Shown: positions 1 to 10,812, numbered from the stretch's first letter. The stretch is DNA of 64,000 bases from Candidatus Iainarchaeum sp. (GCA_030649735.1 JAUSFL010000044.1:1-64000), one strand, 5' to 3'. Notes: generated by a model not told the origin, from the letters alone. Numbers and translations are program-made.

Positions 1-93
1 GCTAACATATGGTCTAAAGAACCATAAAAAAAACCAATAGTTCTTTGGAAAAAAGCAAGCCTTAAAAACCAAAAACCCCTTTCTTTAAGCAGC

Positions 94-2685
94 ATGGCAA
101 CTGATGAATTTCTGGAGCAAGACACTGTCCTCGGCAGGGAAGCCGAAGACCTGGAAAAGTACGGGAGCAAAGGCTGCGGCTTTTTAGGAAAAGTTGTAAT
201 GAGCGCTGGAGAAAAGCCAGTGCTTGGAAGAAAAATCCTTGTCGACCTGGCAAAGCCGCACTTGGTTTTGATTTGCGGAAAGCGCGGCGGGGGAAAATGC
301 CTTGATGGGGACACTTTAATTACCTTGGAAGACGGTTCTTTGATTGAAATCAAAGAACTGGAGCATGATTCAAGAAACATTCTTTCACTATCACATGATT
401 ACAAAATCAAGGCTTCAGAAAAGACAGAATTTTTTAAGCGGCCTGTTGAAAAAATGCTTGAAATTGTTTTGAAAAGCGGGAAGAAAATCAAATTGACTCC
501 AGAGCATCCTTTGCTTACAATTGACGGGTGGAAGCCTGCTGAAGAATTAAGGGCAGGAAGCAGGATTGCCACTCCCCGAATTCAGCCAGTCTTTGGCAAT
601 GAATTCTTGCGGGAATGCGAAATAAAGCTTTTGGCTTGCTTGCTTGCTGAAGGCCACATTAAGGACAGATGCGTGTGGTTTTCAAACAACGATGAGAAAA
701 TAATCGCCGACTTTAAGCTGGCAGTCCAAGACTTTAACCCGCTGCTGGAAGTGCATACAAGCGCAAAAAACAATCATCGCGTTGTAAATCCTTCAAAAGG
801 AAACACAATAGTCCATGCAGTGAGAAAGAATGGAAAGTTCGCGAAAGGCACAATAATTGCCCCAAAGAATTACTTGCGCGAATGGCTGAAGGAAATTGGG
901 GTTTATGGACTGCTCAGCACTGAAAAATTCATTCCTCAAAAAGCATTAAGGCTGCCAAAGCCAAAGCTCGCGCTATTCTTGAACAGGCTTTTCAGCTGTG
1001 ATGGAAGCATTTACTTCGAATCAAACCGTTATAGAATAAGCTATTCAAGCATTTCAGAAAAGCTAATCCGGCAAATTCAGCACTTGCTTTCAAGGTTTGA
1101 GATAATCTCAAAATTAAGGGAAAAAGAATCAAAGTGCAATGGAAAGGAATTCCCCTGCTTTGAAATTGTCATTGAGGGAAAGAATGCTGAAACATTCCTG
1201 AAAGAAATCGGCTTTTTTGGAATCAAGGAAGAAAAACAAAAGAAAGCATTGCTGGAAATGCAATCCATCAAAAGAAACCCGAACAATGACACGATTCCTA
1301 AAGAAATCTGGAACAATTACAGGCCTAAAAGCTGGGTTGAAGTCGGAAAGCAAATGAATTATGCAATTCCAAAAAGCCTTTGCGAAAGCGTGCATTATGC
1401 GCCTTCAAGGCAAAAGCTCTTGCATATTGCATGGCTTGACTACAACATGCTCATTGAGCAAATGGCAAATTCTGACATTTTCTGGGACGAAATCAGGGAA
1501 TTGAAAGAACTGAACGGAAACTTTGAGGTCTTTGACATTAGCGTTCCGGAAAACCACAATTTTGTAGCAAATGATATTATAGTGCACAATTCCTACTCAA
1601 TGGCAATAATGATTGAAGAGCTTTCAAAGCTTGCGCCATCAATCAAGTCCAGGATTGCAGTCATTGCAATAGACACTGTTGGAATTTTTTGGACTTTGAA
1701 AGTGCCTACAAAGTCTGAAAAGCAAGACTTGTTTGACTGGGGCCTTGAGCCTCAAGGAATTGACGTCAAGGTTTTAGTGCCTAAAGGAAGGCTGCAGTTT
1801 TACAAGGACAAGCAAATTCCGATTGACGGCGCTTTCACCTTGAAAGTTTCAGAACTGGACTTCACTGAATGGCTTTCATTGTTCAAGATTTCCTGGAAAG
1901 ACACTGAAGGCGTTCTATTGACAAGAATCATTGAGTCATTGAAAGAAAGCAAAGGCACTTATTACGGATTGGAAGACATTGTTTCCTCAATTGAAGCAGA
2001 CCAAGAATCAGACAAGAACACGAGGGATGCCTTGAAAAACAGGTTTAAGGCCGCGCAAAGCTGGGGATTGTTTGAAAAGGAAGGAACAAAAATCCGCGAT
2101 TTGGCAAAGCCTGGCGCAATCACAATAATTGACGTGTCATCATACAGGCAGTCCATTGGAATGGAAGGAACAAGGGACATTATTGTCGGACTTGTTGGAA
2201 GGAAATTGTTTGAGGAAAGAATGCTTTTCAGGAAAGAGGAAGAAGTCAAGTTAATGAAGGGATTAAAGCGTGAAAGCGAATTGCCATTGGTTTGGATGCT
2301 GATTGATGAAGCGCACATGTTCATGCCGCGCGATGAAGACAGCATTGCATTGAACACTCTCTTGGAATGGATCAGGGTTGGAAGGCAGCCTGGTTTGAGC
2401 CTAGTGCTTGCAACCCAAAGGCCAAACAAGCTTCACCCTGACGCAATTTCGCAATGCGACTTATTCATTTCCCACAGGATGACTTCACAGCCAGACATTG
2501 CCGCTGTTTCAGAACTTCGCCCGGCTTACTTGCATCAAGAATTTGACAAGTACTATCAAGAAATGCCAAGAAACAAGGGCTACGCGCTGGTTTTGGATGA
2601 CAATACTGAAAAGCTTTGGCTGATTAAAATCCGCCCTCGCTATACCTGGGATGGCGGAACTACAGCAACAGCATTCACTGACTAG
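94..2685 (+). CDS. HerA/FtsK-superfamily (DUF87-like) ATPase interrupted by an intein
   Basis: Walker A GKRGGGK/S split by an intein; Walker B LIDEAH; LVLATQRP motif typical of HerA/VirB4-like ATPases. Confidence 0.85.
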   Translation: MATDEFLEQDTVLGREAEDLEKYGSKGCGFLGKVVMSAGEKPVLGRKILVDLAKPHLVLICGKRGGGKCLDGDTLITLEDGSLIEIKELEHDSRNILSLSHDYKIKASEKTEFFKRPVEKMLEIVLKSGKKIKLTPEHPLLTIDGWKPAEELRAGSRIATPRIQPVFGNEFLRECEIKLLACLLAEGHIKDRCVWFSNNDEKIIADFKLAVQDFNPLLEVHTSAKNNHRVVNPSKGNTIVHAVRKNGKFAKGTIIAPKNYLREWLKEIGVYGLLSTEKFIPQKALRLPKPKLALFLNRLFSCDGSIYFESNRYRISYSSISEKLIRQIQHLLSRFEIISKLREKESKCNGKEFPCFEIVIEGKNAETFLKEIGFFGIKEEKQKKALLEMQSIKRNPNNDTIPKEIWNNYRPKSWVEVGKQMNYAIPKSLCESVHYAPSRQKLLHIAWLDYNMLIEQMANSDIFWDEIRELKELNGNFEVFDISVPENHNFVANDIIVHNSYSMAIMIEELSKLAPSIKSRIAVIAIDTVGIFWTLKVPTKSEKQDLFDWGLEPQGIDVKVLVPKGRLQFYKDKQIPIDGAFTLKVSELDFTEWLSLFKISWKDTEGVLLTRIIESLKESKGTYYGLEDIVSSIEADQESDKNTRDALKNRFKAAQSWGLFEKEGTKIRDLAKPGAITIIDVSSYRQSIGMEGTRDIIVGLVGRKLFEERMLFRKEEEVKLMKGLKRESELPLVWMLIDEAHMFMPRDEDSIALNTLLEWIRVGRQPGLSLVLATQRPNKLHPDAISQCDLFISHRMTSQPDIAAVSELRPAYLHQEFDKYYQEMPRNKGYALVLDDNTEKLWLIKIRPRYTWDGGTTATAFTD
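298..1590 (+). mobile_element. Intein (431 aa) with LAGLIDADG homing endonuclease, inserted in the P-loop
   Basis: Starts CLDGDT, block B LTPEHP, LAGLIDADG-like LLAEGHI and LFSCDGSI, ends HNFVANDIIVHN followed by Ser. Confidence 0.92.
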
Positions 2686-2696
2686 AGGTTAAGATT

Positions 2697-2882
2697 ATGA
2701 AAAAGAAAAAAACAATAAAAGCAAAATCAAGGACTGCAAAAAAGGCAAAAGCGATTTTCAAAGCGCGTTTTGAAGAGCCAATGGTAATTCAGGAAATCCA
2801 AGACAATCCCGCAATTGAAAGAATGGAAAACAGGAACTCGCTTGGCTTTAAGGCAATGCAGTTTTTGGGCCTGAAAATTTAA
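2697..2882 (+). CDS. Small basic hypothetical protein
   Basis: 61-aa ORF with GAGG upstream, directly after the ATPase. Confidence 0.5.
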   Translation: MKKKKTIKAKSRTAKKAKAIFKARFEEPMVIQEIQDNPAIERMENRNSLGFKAMQFLGLKI

Positions 2883-3568
2883 GAGTCCCAAGGCTCGCCG
2901 CCGAGTTGCTTTGCAATTTGGTCTAAGCGGCGGATTTTGGAGTTCTCAGCTTCAATAAAAAGCTCGTTTGGAGTGTTGAACAGGATTTTTATTGTTTCAT
3001 TGTCCAAGCGGCTTTTTCTCAAAAGGCCATTGGCCTGCAAGTAATTCAGCAAGTCTGGAAGTTTTTCCTTGCTGACTCGCAATGACTGGTTTTTTTCCTT
3101 TGTTAACGAGAACTGGTCTATCATGCTGTTCAAGTTGTTCATTCCCAAGAATTGCGGCTTAAAGAATGCCCTTTCCAGATTGTAGGTTTCAAAAGCCTGC
3201 CTGATGAACTCAAAAGCCTTGGCTGATTCTTGAAAGTAGTAATTCCTGTAATCCCGAAAGTTTTCAAAAAACAAGTCCGCGCGGACTCTCGCAGGCTCAA
3301 GTTCCTGCAGTATTTTATTCAATTCAGTAATGCTTCTTTCCAATTCCTTGAATTTTGCAATCAATTCCCGCGAGTTTGACAATTCCTTGAAGTATTGCGT
3401 GAACACAGCGTCCTGGTCGCTTTGCTTTTCAATAAAATCAATCTGGGCAAAGACAACATGCAATGAATTTTCAAGGTCTTTCCTTGCTTCCAAAAGCTTT
3501 TTTGAATTAAGCAATTCCTTGTCCAATTGCCTTAAAGCCTGGCTTAGCTTGAGCTTGTCGACCGGCAT
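2879..3568 (-). CDS. Hypothetical coiled-coil protein
   Basis: 229-aa ORF, heptad-rich, GGGGAG upstream. Confidence 0.7.
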   Translation of the reverse strand: MPVDKLKLSQALRQLDKELLNSKKLLEARKDLENSLHVVFAQIDFIEKQSDQDAVFTQYFKELSNSRELIAKFKELERSITELNKILQELEPARVRADLFFENFRDYRNYYFQESAKAFEFIRQAFETYNLERAFFKPQFLGMNNLNSMIDQFSLTKEKNQSLRVSKEKLPDLLNYLQANGLLRKSRLDNETIKILFNTPNELFIEAENSKIRRLDQIAKQLGGEPWDS

Positions 3569-3638
3569 AATCTCCCCTTTTTTTCTCCCGATAGTATTAC
3601 AAAGCTTGGATTATTTAATCATGCGTTTTTCAAAAAGC

Positions 3639-5726
3639 CTACTGGGGCACTTGATGCACGAAAACCAGGCCATTATCATAAACCTTGTTTAATTCTGGAA
3701 ATTCCAAAAGCTTTGTCGGGTTTTTTCCAATGGCATTCTCAAAGACAGTGTTTTTATTGTTGATTACAAAATCAATGCCGTACTTTTCCAGAATTTCAGG
3801 CCTTCCTGTCTTCAAGAAATTGTAGGAGTCATTGAGCTTTTCAGAATTCGCATACTCTACCCACAAGTCCGCAAGCACTTTCCTTTGCGACAAGTATTCT
3901 ACAGTGTGGCCGTAAAACGGGTCTGCCAGAATATTGTCTGATGCCTTGGAATGCTGCCCTAAAAACTCCGAGGCTTTTTCCAATTGTGATGGAATAACCG
4001 CTTGAGGCAGGAAAGACATTATGAAAATAAAGCCGGCAATTAGGACGAATGCCGCAATTATCGCCTCTTTTTGCTTCCAGAACTGGTTTTCCAAAACCCA
4101 GTCGGCAGCCAAAACAGCAATCAAGAATGCAGTGAACACATTGGCCCTGTAAGAAACAAGCATTTCCAAAGCAATTCCCAAAACAATTCCAATCACGAGC
4201 TTTTTTTGAAAGCTTGAGAATCCAGCGCTTTGGTTTTTTCTCAAAGTGCAGTAAAGCTCACGCAGTGAAAAAATCAAAAGCACAAATATTGGGATTGCCA
4301 AGTCAAAGAACACAAAATTGAAAGGCAATGAAAGCAAGTAGCCCCAGTCTTCAGGCGCTGCAAAACTTGGAAGCCCGTACTTCAGAAAGTTTGGCAAAAA
4401 CAAAACCGCAAAGACAGCAAGGCCTGCAATAAAGCTTTTCGCCAGGCCGGCAAAATCTATTTTTCGGCTTGCGAAAACGCAAAGCAGTGGAAAAACCAGG
4501 AGCAATGGAACTTGCACAAAGCCGGCAATTCCTAGAATAATTCCTGCAGCAATCCAATTCTTGAATCTCAAAAGAACTGCAAACGCAATCAAAAGCAGCG
4601 AGAAAGAAATCAAGTGCCTTGGGGTGAAAATCAAGAAATTGAAAATGAAGGCGTTTGCCGCAAGCACCAAAAACAGCATTCCCTTGTGCTTTTCCAGTCC
4701 AATTGCCTCTGCGGCAAAAAGCACTGCAAACGTGAAAAGCAAGCCTGCAAACGCGAGCATTAGCGCAAACAATGCCTCGGACTGCAATCCAGTAATTTGT
4801 GAAATTGAGGCTTCAAGCATGAAATAGCCCGGAATGAAAGCAAAAGGCCTTTCTCCAAGATAGCTTGTCGGATCATTCAATGCCAAACCATTATTTTGCG
4901 TTACAACCGCGGTTGAACGCTCGTAAAATGAATTAAAGTATGTCAAGTTAGTGCTTGTGAAAAAATGAAAGAAAACCGCCGTGAAAATTATTATCACGAA
5001 TGGAATCCAGTCCTGAAAGCTTTCAAACTGCGGCTTTTTCCTAAAGGCCTGCTCTTTTTTCCTGGTTTTCAAGAAAGCAAAAGCCAGAACAATCTCTGAG
5101 GCAGCAAGCAGTGCAATTCCAAAAAAGTTTGCAAGCCCTAAAAGATTCAGCGCAAAAAAATTTATCACCAGCATTGCTGAAAACCCGGCAATTGAAATGC
5201 AGGCTTTCTGAATGCTTGAAAAGCTTGCCGGAATTATCGCGTACAATATTCCAAGAATCAATGCAATGCACAATATTCCAAAAAATGCCTTTAGCCAGTC
5301 AATTTGGTAATCTTGAACTGCAGAATCAGCGGATAAAACAATTGTTTTCTTTCCAATTGAATTTCCATTATCGACATGATAAAACAATACATTATTGTTG
5401 GCTGACAGTAATATTGTGTTTTGCCCGGCAGTCAATTCTGAAGGATTAAAGCAGTATTGCTTTGCCTTCAAGCCATTAATTTGGAAGGCTTCACTGAACA
5501 ACGCGTTCCCGCCAGTTTCTGCGCGGAAATTAACCAAAACCGGTTTTTCAGAATTGAAAGAGACTGTAAAGCAGGACTTTTGGCTTGAAACTGCAGTGCT
5601 GTCAAAAGAAGCGAGGTAAAATTCCAAGAAATCGCTTTTTGCAGAAAGAGAATGCCAGTGCTGGCTTGCAAAAACCGCTGAGAAAAGAACTGCAAGAATT
5701 AACGCAAAAAACAGCTTGTTTTCCAT
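3639..5726 (-). CDS. Polytopic membrane protein, possible GT-C fold glycosyltransferase
   Basis: Signal peptide, extracellular domain, many TM helices, C-terminal soluble domain (ILADPFYG...YGIDFV) resembling STT3/PMT-like proteins. Confidence 0.55.
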   Translation of the reverse strand: MENKLFFALILAVLFSAVFASQHWHSLSAKSDFLEFYLASFDSTAVSSQKSCFTVSFNSEKPVLVNFRAETGGNALFSEAFQINGLKAKQYCFNPSELTAGQNTILLSANNNVLFYHVDNGNSIGKKTIVLSADSAVQDYQIDWLKAFFGILCIALILGILYAIIPASFSSIQKACISIAGFSAMLVINFFALNLLGLANFFGIALLAASEIVLAFAFLKTRKKEQAFRKKPQFESFQDWIPFVIIIFTAVFFHFFTSTNLTYFNSFYERSTAVVTQNNGLALNDPTSYLGERPFAFIPGYFMLEASISQITGLQSEALFALMLAFAGLLFTFAVLFAAEAIGLEKHKGMLFLVLAANAFIFNFLIFTPRHLISFSLLLIAFAVLLRFKNWIAAGIILGIAGFVQVPLLLVFPLLCVFASRKIDFAGLAKSFIAGLAVFAVLFLPNFLKYGLPSFAAPEDWGYLLSLPFNFVFFDLAIPIFVLLIFSLRELYCTLRKNQSAGFSSFQKKLVIGIVLGIALEMLVSYRANVFTAFLIAVLAADWVLENQFWKQKEAIIAAFVLIAGFIFIMSFLPQAVIPSQLEKASEFLGQHSKASDNILADPFYGHTVEYLSQRKVLADLWVEYANSEKLNDSYNFLKTGRPEILEKYGIDFVINNKNTVFENAIGKNPTKLLEFPELNKVYDNGLVFVHQVPQ

Positions 5727-5790
5727 CAGGATGCCTTACTAAAACTTCTAGCATCTGATTTAAAATGAAAACGCTTTTCTAAAGTATCAT

Positions 5791-7293
5791 ATGGAAGGAA
5801 GAGTAAAACTCTTTTCAGCGCTGGCTTTATTATTTCTAGTCTTGATTGTTGCCGTATTTGCTGTTCCTGGCCTGCTTAAAATTGCGCGCGGATTCATTCA
5901 ATACTTTCTAAGCGGAAATTCCAGCGGAAAGCTAATATTCACAATGGCGTCCCTGGTTTTTTTGCCATTATTCTGCATTTTTTCAATAAAGGCCAATGTT
6001 CAAAAAAAACTGGGGAAAATCCAGAAAAAACTCTTTTTTGCGTTTGTTATTCTTGCCGGATTGTTTTTTATCCTGGGAATTTTGCAATTCGCTGTTTTTT
6101 CGTCAGGCTATGACGCAAGCACAAGCACTGCTTTTGCAACTCTCTTAAGCGATGGAGACTACATCAATTGGGAGTCTTCTTTGCTGTCACACAATCATTT
6201 CCCAAAAATAACTGTTTATCTTCTGGAAAAGACTTTTGGAATGAATCCGGGACAAAACTTTGACGACGGCCGGCCTTTTTTTGAAATATTCCCGCACGCC
6301 GAATTATGGGGCATTGCGTTCACAATTCTTCTCCTTGCAATTATTGCGGCAGGGCTGCTGCACTTGGCTTCAATCGCCGGCAAAATAAAAGTCTTTGATT
6401 TTTTGGTTTTTTCCATACTAATGGTTGGAGTAATAATTCACGGCCTTGATGGCGGTTTTGGCGAGGCAACAACAACAATTACTGTTTTCCTGATATTATT
6501 GTACTGGTTCAGGAATTATTCGGGAATTGAAAATTCCTGGAAAAACATCCTGCCACTGGCTTTTTTCGGGCTTTTCGTTCTAATCGTCAGGGCTTTTTCT
6601 CAAACCATTGCAGTTAATGCCTTGCTAAACCTTTCAATTATTCTAATCGGCCTTTTATATTATTTTGTCAAGGAATTCCGGGAAAAAAAACTGCTGAATA
6701 ATTTGGGAGTAAACTCGATTTTTGCATTGGCTTTCCTGATAATCCTTTTCCAGAATTACATTGCAGTGTCAGTAATGATTAATGGAAGCTGGGTTTATGA
6801 CTTTTCGGCAGAATCAAAGACTGAAATAAAGCTTGAAAAAGGCGCCGGGCTTTTTGTTTACGGAATTCCAGACGACGTGAGCAATGAGTTATTGAAGGAT
6901 GAAATTTCAAAGTTTGGGGAAATTCTGGAGTTTGACAGGGTTGACTGGGTATTGTATGCCCGGATTGTTCCAAAACAGGCATTTATGGCCGGAGAGCTTG
7001 AAGACGGGCTTGTCAAAAGAATAAAGCCAAAAAAATACTTTTATGTTGAAGGATTCATGCCGTCAGCAAACAGCACTGAATTCAAGCTTTTCCTGCGCGA
7101 CAACAACAAGATTAATCTTGACAGCCAGTTTCTTGGGATAACAATTGCGGACCAGAAATTTGATGAAAAAACCAATTCAATCACGATTCTTACGAAAGGA
7201 AAATATCCAGCATCCTGGCAAATGCTTGCAATCCTTACCGAGGCAAAAAACAAGGGCGCAAACAAGCAGGCATTAATTGAAATTGAAGGCTAA
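5791..7293 (+). CDS. Polytopic membrane protein of unknown function
   Basis: 500-aa ORF with many hydrophobic helices. Confidence 0.7.
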   Translation: MEGRVKLFSALALLFLVLIVAVFAVPGLLKIARGFIQYFLSGNSSGKLIFTMASLVFLPLFCIFSIKANVQKKLGKIQKKLFFAFVILAGLFFILGILQFAVFSSGYDASTSTAFATLLSDGDYINWESSLLSHNHFPKITVYLLEKTFGMNPGQNFDDGRPFFEIFPHAELWGIAFTILLLAIIAAGLLHLASIAGKIKVFDFLVFSILMVGVIIHGLDGGFGEATTTITVFLILLYWFRNYSGIENSWKNILPLAFFGLFVLIVRAFSQTIAVNALLNLSIILIGLLYYFVKEFREKKLLNNLGVNSIFALAFLIILFQNYIAVSVMINGSWVYDFSAESKTEIKLEKGAGLFVYGIPDDVSNELLKDEISKFGEILEFDRVDWVLYARIVPKQAFMAGELEDGLVKRIKPKKYFYVEGFMPSANSTEFKLFLRDNNKINLDSQFLGITIADQKFDEKTNSITILTKGKYPASWQMLAILTEAKNKGANKQALIEIEG

Positions 7294-7317
7294 ACAGCCG
7301 CTGTTGTTTGGCAATTT

Positions 7318-8700
7318 TTAGCTTTTAAGGCAGTAAAAGAACAGGCTTGCGCTGGAATACTTAAGCTCGAAATTTTCAGTCTGCACTTTTCTAAACAGGA
7401 CAAAGCAGTTTGCATTGTATTTTTCCAGAATTTTAGGGTCAAGAGTCCTTGAGAAATAATCCCAGTCAATAAGCCTTTGCTCCGCATCCGGAATTCTTTC
7501 CAGGTAAGCTCCAGTCATTACATTAAATCCCTTAAATGAAAGAAAAGCGCTTAAAGTGTCCGGCGCAAGCACTGACGCGTTTTTCCCTTGGCTTTTTCCA
7601 ATAAAGTCCGCGAGCATTGCGTGCTCGCCGGAATAAACTGACGCTGGAATTATTGGATAAAACAGCGCAAAAGCCACTGCCGACAAAACAATCAGTGAAA
7701 CCAGCTGATTTTTTGAGACTTTCGAGAAAGCAAAATCCCAACCAATGGCGCAAAGCAATACTGAAGGAATCATTGCAAACATCATGAAGCGCAGCGGGGC
7801 AGGCACTACCGGAATGAAATAGAACAGGAAAACAAAAAGCAATGGAACAAGGCCGATGAAATACAAGAAATGCAGTTTTTCCGAATCATTGGATTTGCGC
7901 TTGAAGTAAAAGAAAACAAGAAAGAAAATTAGCAGCACCCAGAATAAAAGCCGCGGGATTGTGAGAAAGTCAGCAAGAAAATTTTGGGTAAAATCAGTGT
8001 AATTGTGAAGGCCTAAAAGAGAGTTGATGTTTGGAACATACCACCAAATCCAAATGATAATGCTTGCCGCAAAAGCCTTGAATGGAATCAGGACTTTTTC
8101 TTTCTTGAATGCCAGAAAAACCGCAAAAATCAAAAGCACCAGAATGCTTACTGAAAAAGTCCTGAAATGCGCCAAGGCAATCAATCCGAGAATGATTCCC
8201 GCAGGAATTGCTTTCCTTTTGTAAAGGAAGTAAAGGAACCAAATGAAAAAGCCCAAAGCCATTGTTTCCGCAACATAGGTTGTGAAGCGCACGAAAACAA
8301 TTTTTATGAAAAATAATATTATGATTGCAAAGGCAGTCTGGCCGTCATTGAGGAAAAGCCTGCAGAATTTGATGAATCCCGCAAGAAAGAAAAGGAAAAT
8401 CAGGAATGCCGCGATTTTCCAGGCAGTGAAAACAGGCTGGCCTGTGATTATTGAAATGAAGGCAAGGAAATAATCGACTAGCGGGGGATAAACGTAAGGC
8501 GCTCCGCTAGGCAAAATTTGCTGGTCAAATGCGGGAATAGAGCCTTTTTCAATAATGAAGTTTGCAATGCGCATTCTTTCAAAAACATCGGGCACGAAAG
8601 GATATGCTGTCACAATCAGGTAAGCGCCAACCGCAATTATGCAGATTATTGAGGCAATTATTGCAAGCTTGTTTTCTTCAAGAACTCTTTTGGCATTCAT
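7318..8700 (-). CDS. Polytopic membrane protein, possible GT-C (PMT/ArnT-like) glycosyltransferase
   Basis: Acidic loop after TM1, YVYPPL motif, many TM helices; C-terminus similar to 3639..5726; start taken at MNAKR. Confidence 0.55.
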   Translation of the reverse strand: MNAKRVLEENKLAIIASIICIIAVGAYLIVTAYPFVPDVFERMRIANFIIEKGSIPAFDQQILPSGAPYVYPPLVDYFLAFISIITGQPVFTAWKIAAFLIFLFFLAGFIKFCRLFLNDGQTAFAIIILFFIKIVFVRFTTYVAETMALGFFIWFLYFLYKRKAIPAGIILGLIALAHFRTFSVSILVLLIFAVFLAFKKEKVLIPFKAFAASIIIWIWWYVPNINSLLGLHNYTDFTQNFLADFLTIPRLLFWVLLIFFLVFFYFKRKSNDSEKLHFLYFIGLVPLLFVFLFYFIPVVPAPLRFMMFAMIPSVLLCAIGWDFAFSKVSKNQLVSLIVLSAVAFALFYPIIPASVYSGEHAMLADFIGKSQGKNASVLAPDTLSAFLSFKGFNVMTGAYLERIPDAEQRLIDWDYFSRTLDPKILEKYNANCFVLFRKVQTENFELKYSSASLFFYCLKS

Positions 8701-8743
8701 TGTATTCGATTGTTGTAGAATACAATTAAAAAATCCGAGCGGA

Positions 8744-10261
8744 TTATAGCGCGTTAAGCATTCTTTCAGTCGCTTTGACTGCCGCAATCAATTGGTCAGA
8801 ATCAACTCCAATTGTCGCAAATGCCTTGCCTTTCAAATTCCAATTGATTGTTGTTTCAACCAAGGCGTCAGTCCTTCCGCCTGGCGGAATCCTGACTTCA
8901 TAATCAAGCAATTCTGGAACCAAAAAGCCGGCTTTTTCAGAGATTTTTTCCAAGGCTTTCATGAAAGCGTCATAGCCTCCGTCGCCTTCAGACTCTTCAA
9001 TGAATTCTTTGCCATTGATTCTCAATCCAACGCTTGCGTTCGGCCTTTGCCCGAATTCTGAAACAATCCTGCATTTGAAAATCTCAAACTTTTTTTCAAT
9101 CGGGGTTTTTAGAATGTCTGAAATTATGAACGGCAGGTCTTCGGGAGTTATTGCCTTTTTTTTGTCACCAAGCCTTATGATTTCTTCCAAAACAAGCTTT
9201 TTTTGCTCTGGGGAAAGCTCTATTTCAAGGCTTTTCAAATTGTACTCCAGGCTTGACTTTCCTGAAAGCTTTCCCAAAGCATACTCTGTTTTTCTCCCGA
9301 ATCTTTCAGGAGTCAGTTTGCTCACGTACAATTTTCCTTTGGCGTCTCCGTCAGCGTGCACTCCTGCAGTCTGAGTGAAAACATCGCTTCCGACAATCGG
9401 CTTGTTGCCCGGAACTCTCTTTCCAGAAGCCTGCTCTACAAGCCTTGAGGCATTAACCAGTGATTTTTCGTCAACAAGGCAGGAAAATTCAGTCTTGTCT
9501 TTTATTAAGGCAACAACTTCAGCCAATGCGGCATTTCCAGCTCTTTCACCAAGACCGTTCACAGTGCAGTGAACGCAGCGCACTCCGCCGGCAAAAACAG
9601 CAGCCAGGGAATTTGCGACTGCAAGGCCGTAATCATTGTGCGCGTGAAAGTCTATTCTTTCAATTGGGAAATGCTTTCTTGCTTGCAAAAGGAATTCTTT
9701 GGCGCTGAACGGCTCTAAAACCCCTAAAGTGTCAGTGACCATTACCCTGCTTATCTTGGTTTTTGAAAGCATTGCCAAAAAGTCAAAAACATACTTTGGG
9801 GAATCGCGCATTCCGCTGCTCCAGTCTTCCAGGTAAACATTCACTCTCAAGCCTTTGGAAATAGCGGACTCAATGTTTTTTTCAACGTCTGCAAAATGCT
9901 CTTCTGGAGTTTTTTTCAACTGGTTGACGCAATGGTTCAAGGAGCCTTTCGCCAAAAGGTTTATTGTCTTGCATCCGGACTGCAAGACCCAGTCAATGCT
10001 TTTTCCATTGTCCACAAAGCCCAAGACTTCAATCTTGCCAAGCAGGCCTTCGCTTTCAGCCCATTCACAAATCGCTTGAACGTTCTTGAGTTCGCCTTCG
10101 CTGACTCTTGCCGAGGCAACCTCTAACCTGTCGACTTTTGCTTCTTTCAAAAGCAGTTTGGCAATTGAAAGTTTTTCAGAAAGCGAGAAAGAAACTCCCT
10201 TGGTCTGTTCGCCATCGCGGAGCGTGGTGTCCAAAATTCCGACTAAAACTTGATCGCTCAC
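8744..10261 (-). CDS. cimA: (R)-citramalate synthase / LeuA-family DRE-TIM synthase with regulatory domain
   Basis: DTTLRDGEQ, HAHNDYGLA, NGLGERAGN; C-terminal DYEVRIPPGGRTDALVET resembles Leptospira/Bacteroidetes CimA. Confidence 0.75.
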   Translation of the reverse strand: MSDQVLVGILDTTLRDGEQTKGVSFSLSEKLSIAKLLLKEAKVDRLEVASARVSEGELKNVQAICEWAESEGLLGKIEVLGFVDNGKSIDWVLQSGCKTINLLAKGSLNHCVNQLKKTPEEHFADVEKNIESAISKGLRVNVYLEDWSSGMRDSPKYVFDFLAMLSKTKISRVMVTDTLGVLEPFSAKEFLLQARKHFPIERIDFHAHNDYGLAVANSLAAVFAGGVRCVHCTVNGLGERAGNAALAEVVALIKDKTEFSCLVDEKSLVNASRLVEQASGKRVPGNKPIVGSDVFTQTAGVHADGDAKGKLYVSKLTPERFGRKTEYALGKLSGKSSLEYNLKSLEIELSPEQKKLVLEEIIRLGDKKKAITPEDLPFIISDILKTPIEKKFEIFKCRIVSEFGQRPNASVGLRINGKEFIEESEGDGGYDAFMKALEKISEKAGFLVPELLDYEVRIPPGGRTDALVETTINWNLKGKAFATIGVDSDQLIAAVKATERMLNAL

Positions 10262-10376
10262 TGCAGAACGCCCCTTGAATTTTTGCTTGAAGAATCAGAA
10301 ACTGAGAATCCGAAGATCCCTTCTTGAAGGCATTATCAATCATTGCGGGAAAGAGTTTTTAAAACAAAAACCCAAA

Positions 10377-10793
10377 TCAAAGCCTGAAAGGGTCAAAGCC
10401 CTGCTTTTTCAGGTTTTGAATAGTGAGAAACAACGGCTTTGGAAGCTCGTTCCATGAAAACCATTCCCACTTTTCGCACTTTTCAGGCTCCAATAGTTTA
10501 GGAGTTCCGGAAACAAAGTCGCAAACCATGAACAATGTGATGTAATGCTTTTGCTCTTTCTCAAAAAAGTCATTTGTGAATGATTTGGACTCAACGGGCT
10601 TTATTTTGATGCCTGCCTCTTCAACAACTTCCCTTAAAGCGCAGTCTTCAATGCTTTCGCCAAACTCCAAATGCCCGCCTGGAGGAGCCCAAGTTCCCTC
10701 GCCGTGCGCGCCTTTCCGCTTGCCAAACAAAATCTTGCCATTGTTCCTTATCAGGACTCCAACACCAACTTTCGGCCTTTTTTCACTGTCCAA
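10377..10793 (-). CDS. NUDIX hydrolase (MutT/NUDT15-like)
   Basis: Nudix box GGHLEFGESIEDCALREVVEEAG; EPEKCEKWEW. Confidence 0.9.
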   Translation of the reverse strand: MDSEKRPKVGVGVLIRNNGKILFGKRKGAHGEGTWAPPGGHLEFGESIEDCALREVVEEAGIKIKPVESKSFTNDFFEKEQKHYITLFMVCDFVSGTPKLLEPEKCEKWEWFSWNELPKPLFLTIQNLKKQGFDPFRL

Positions 10794-10812
10794 AAAAACA
10801 CCTCTTGTTTAA

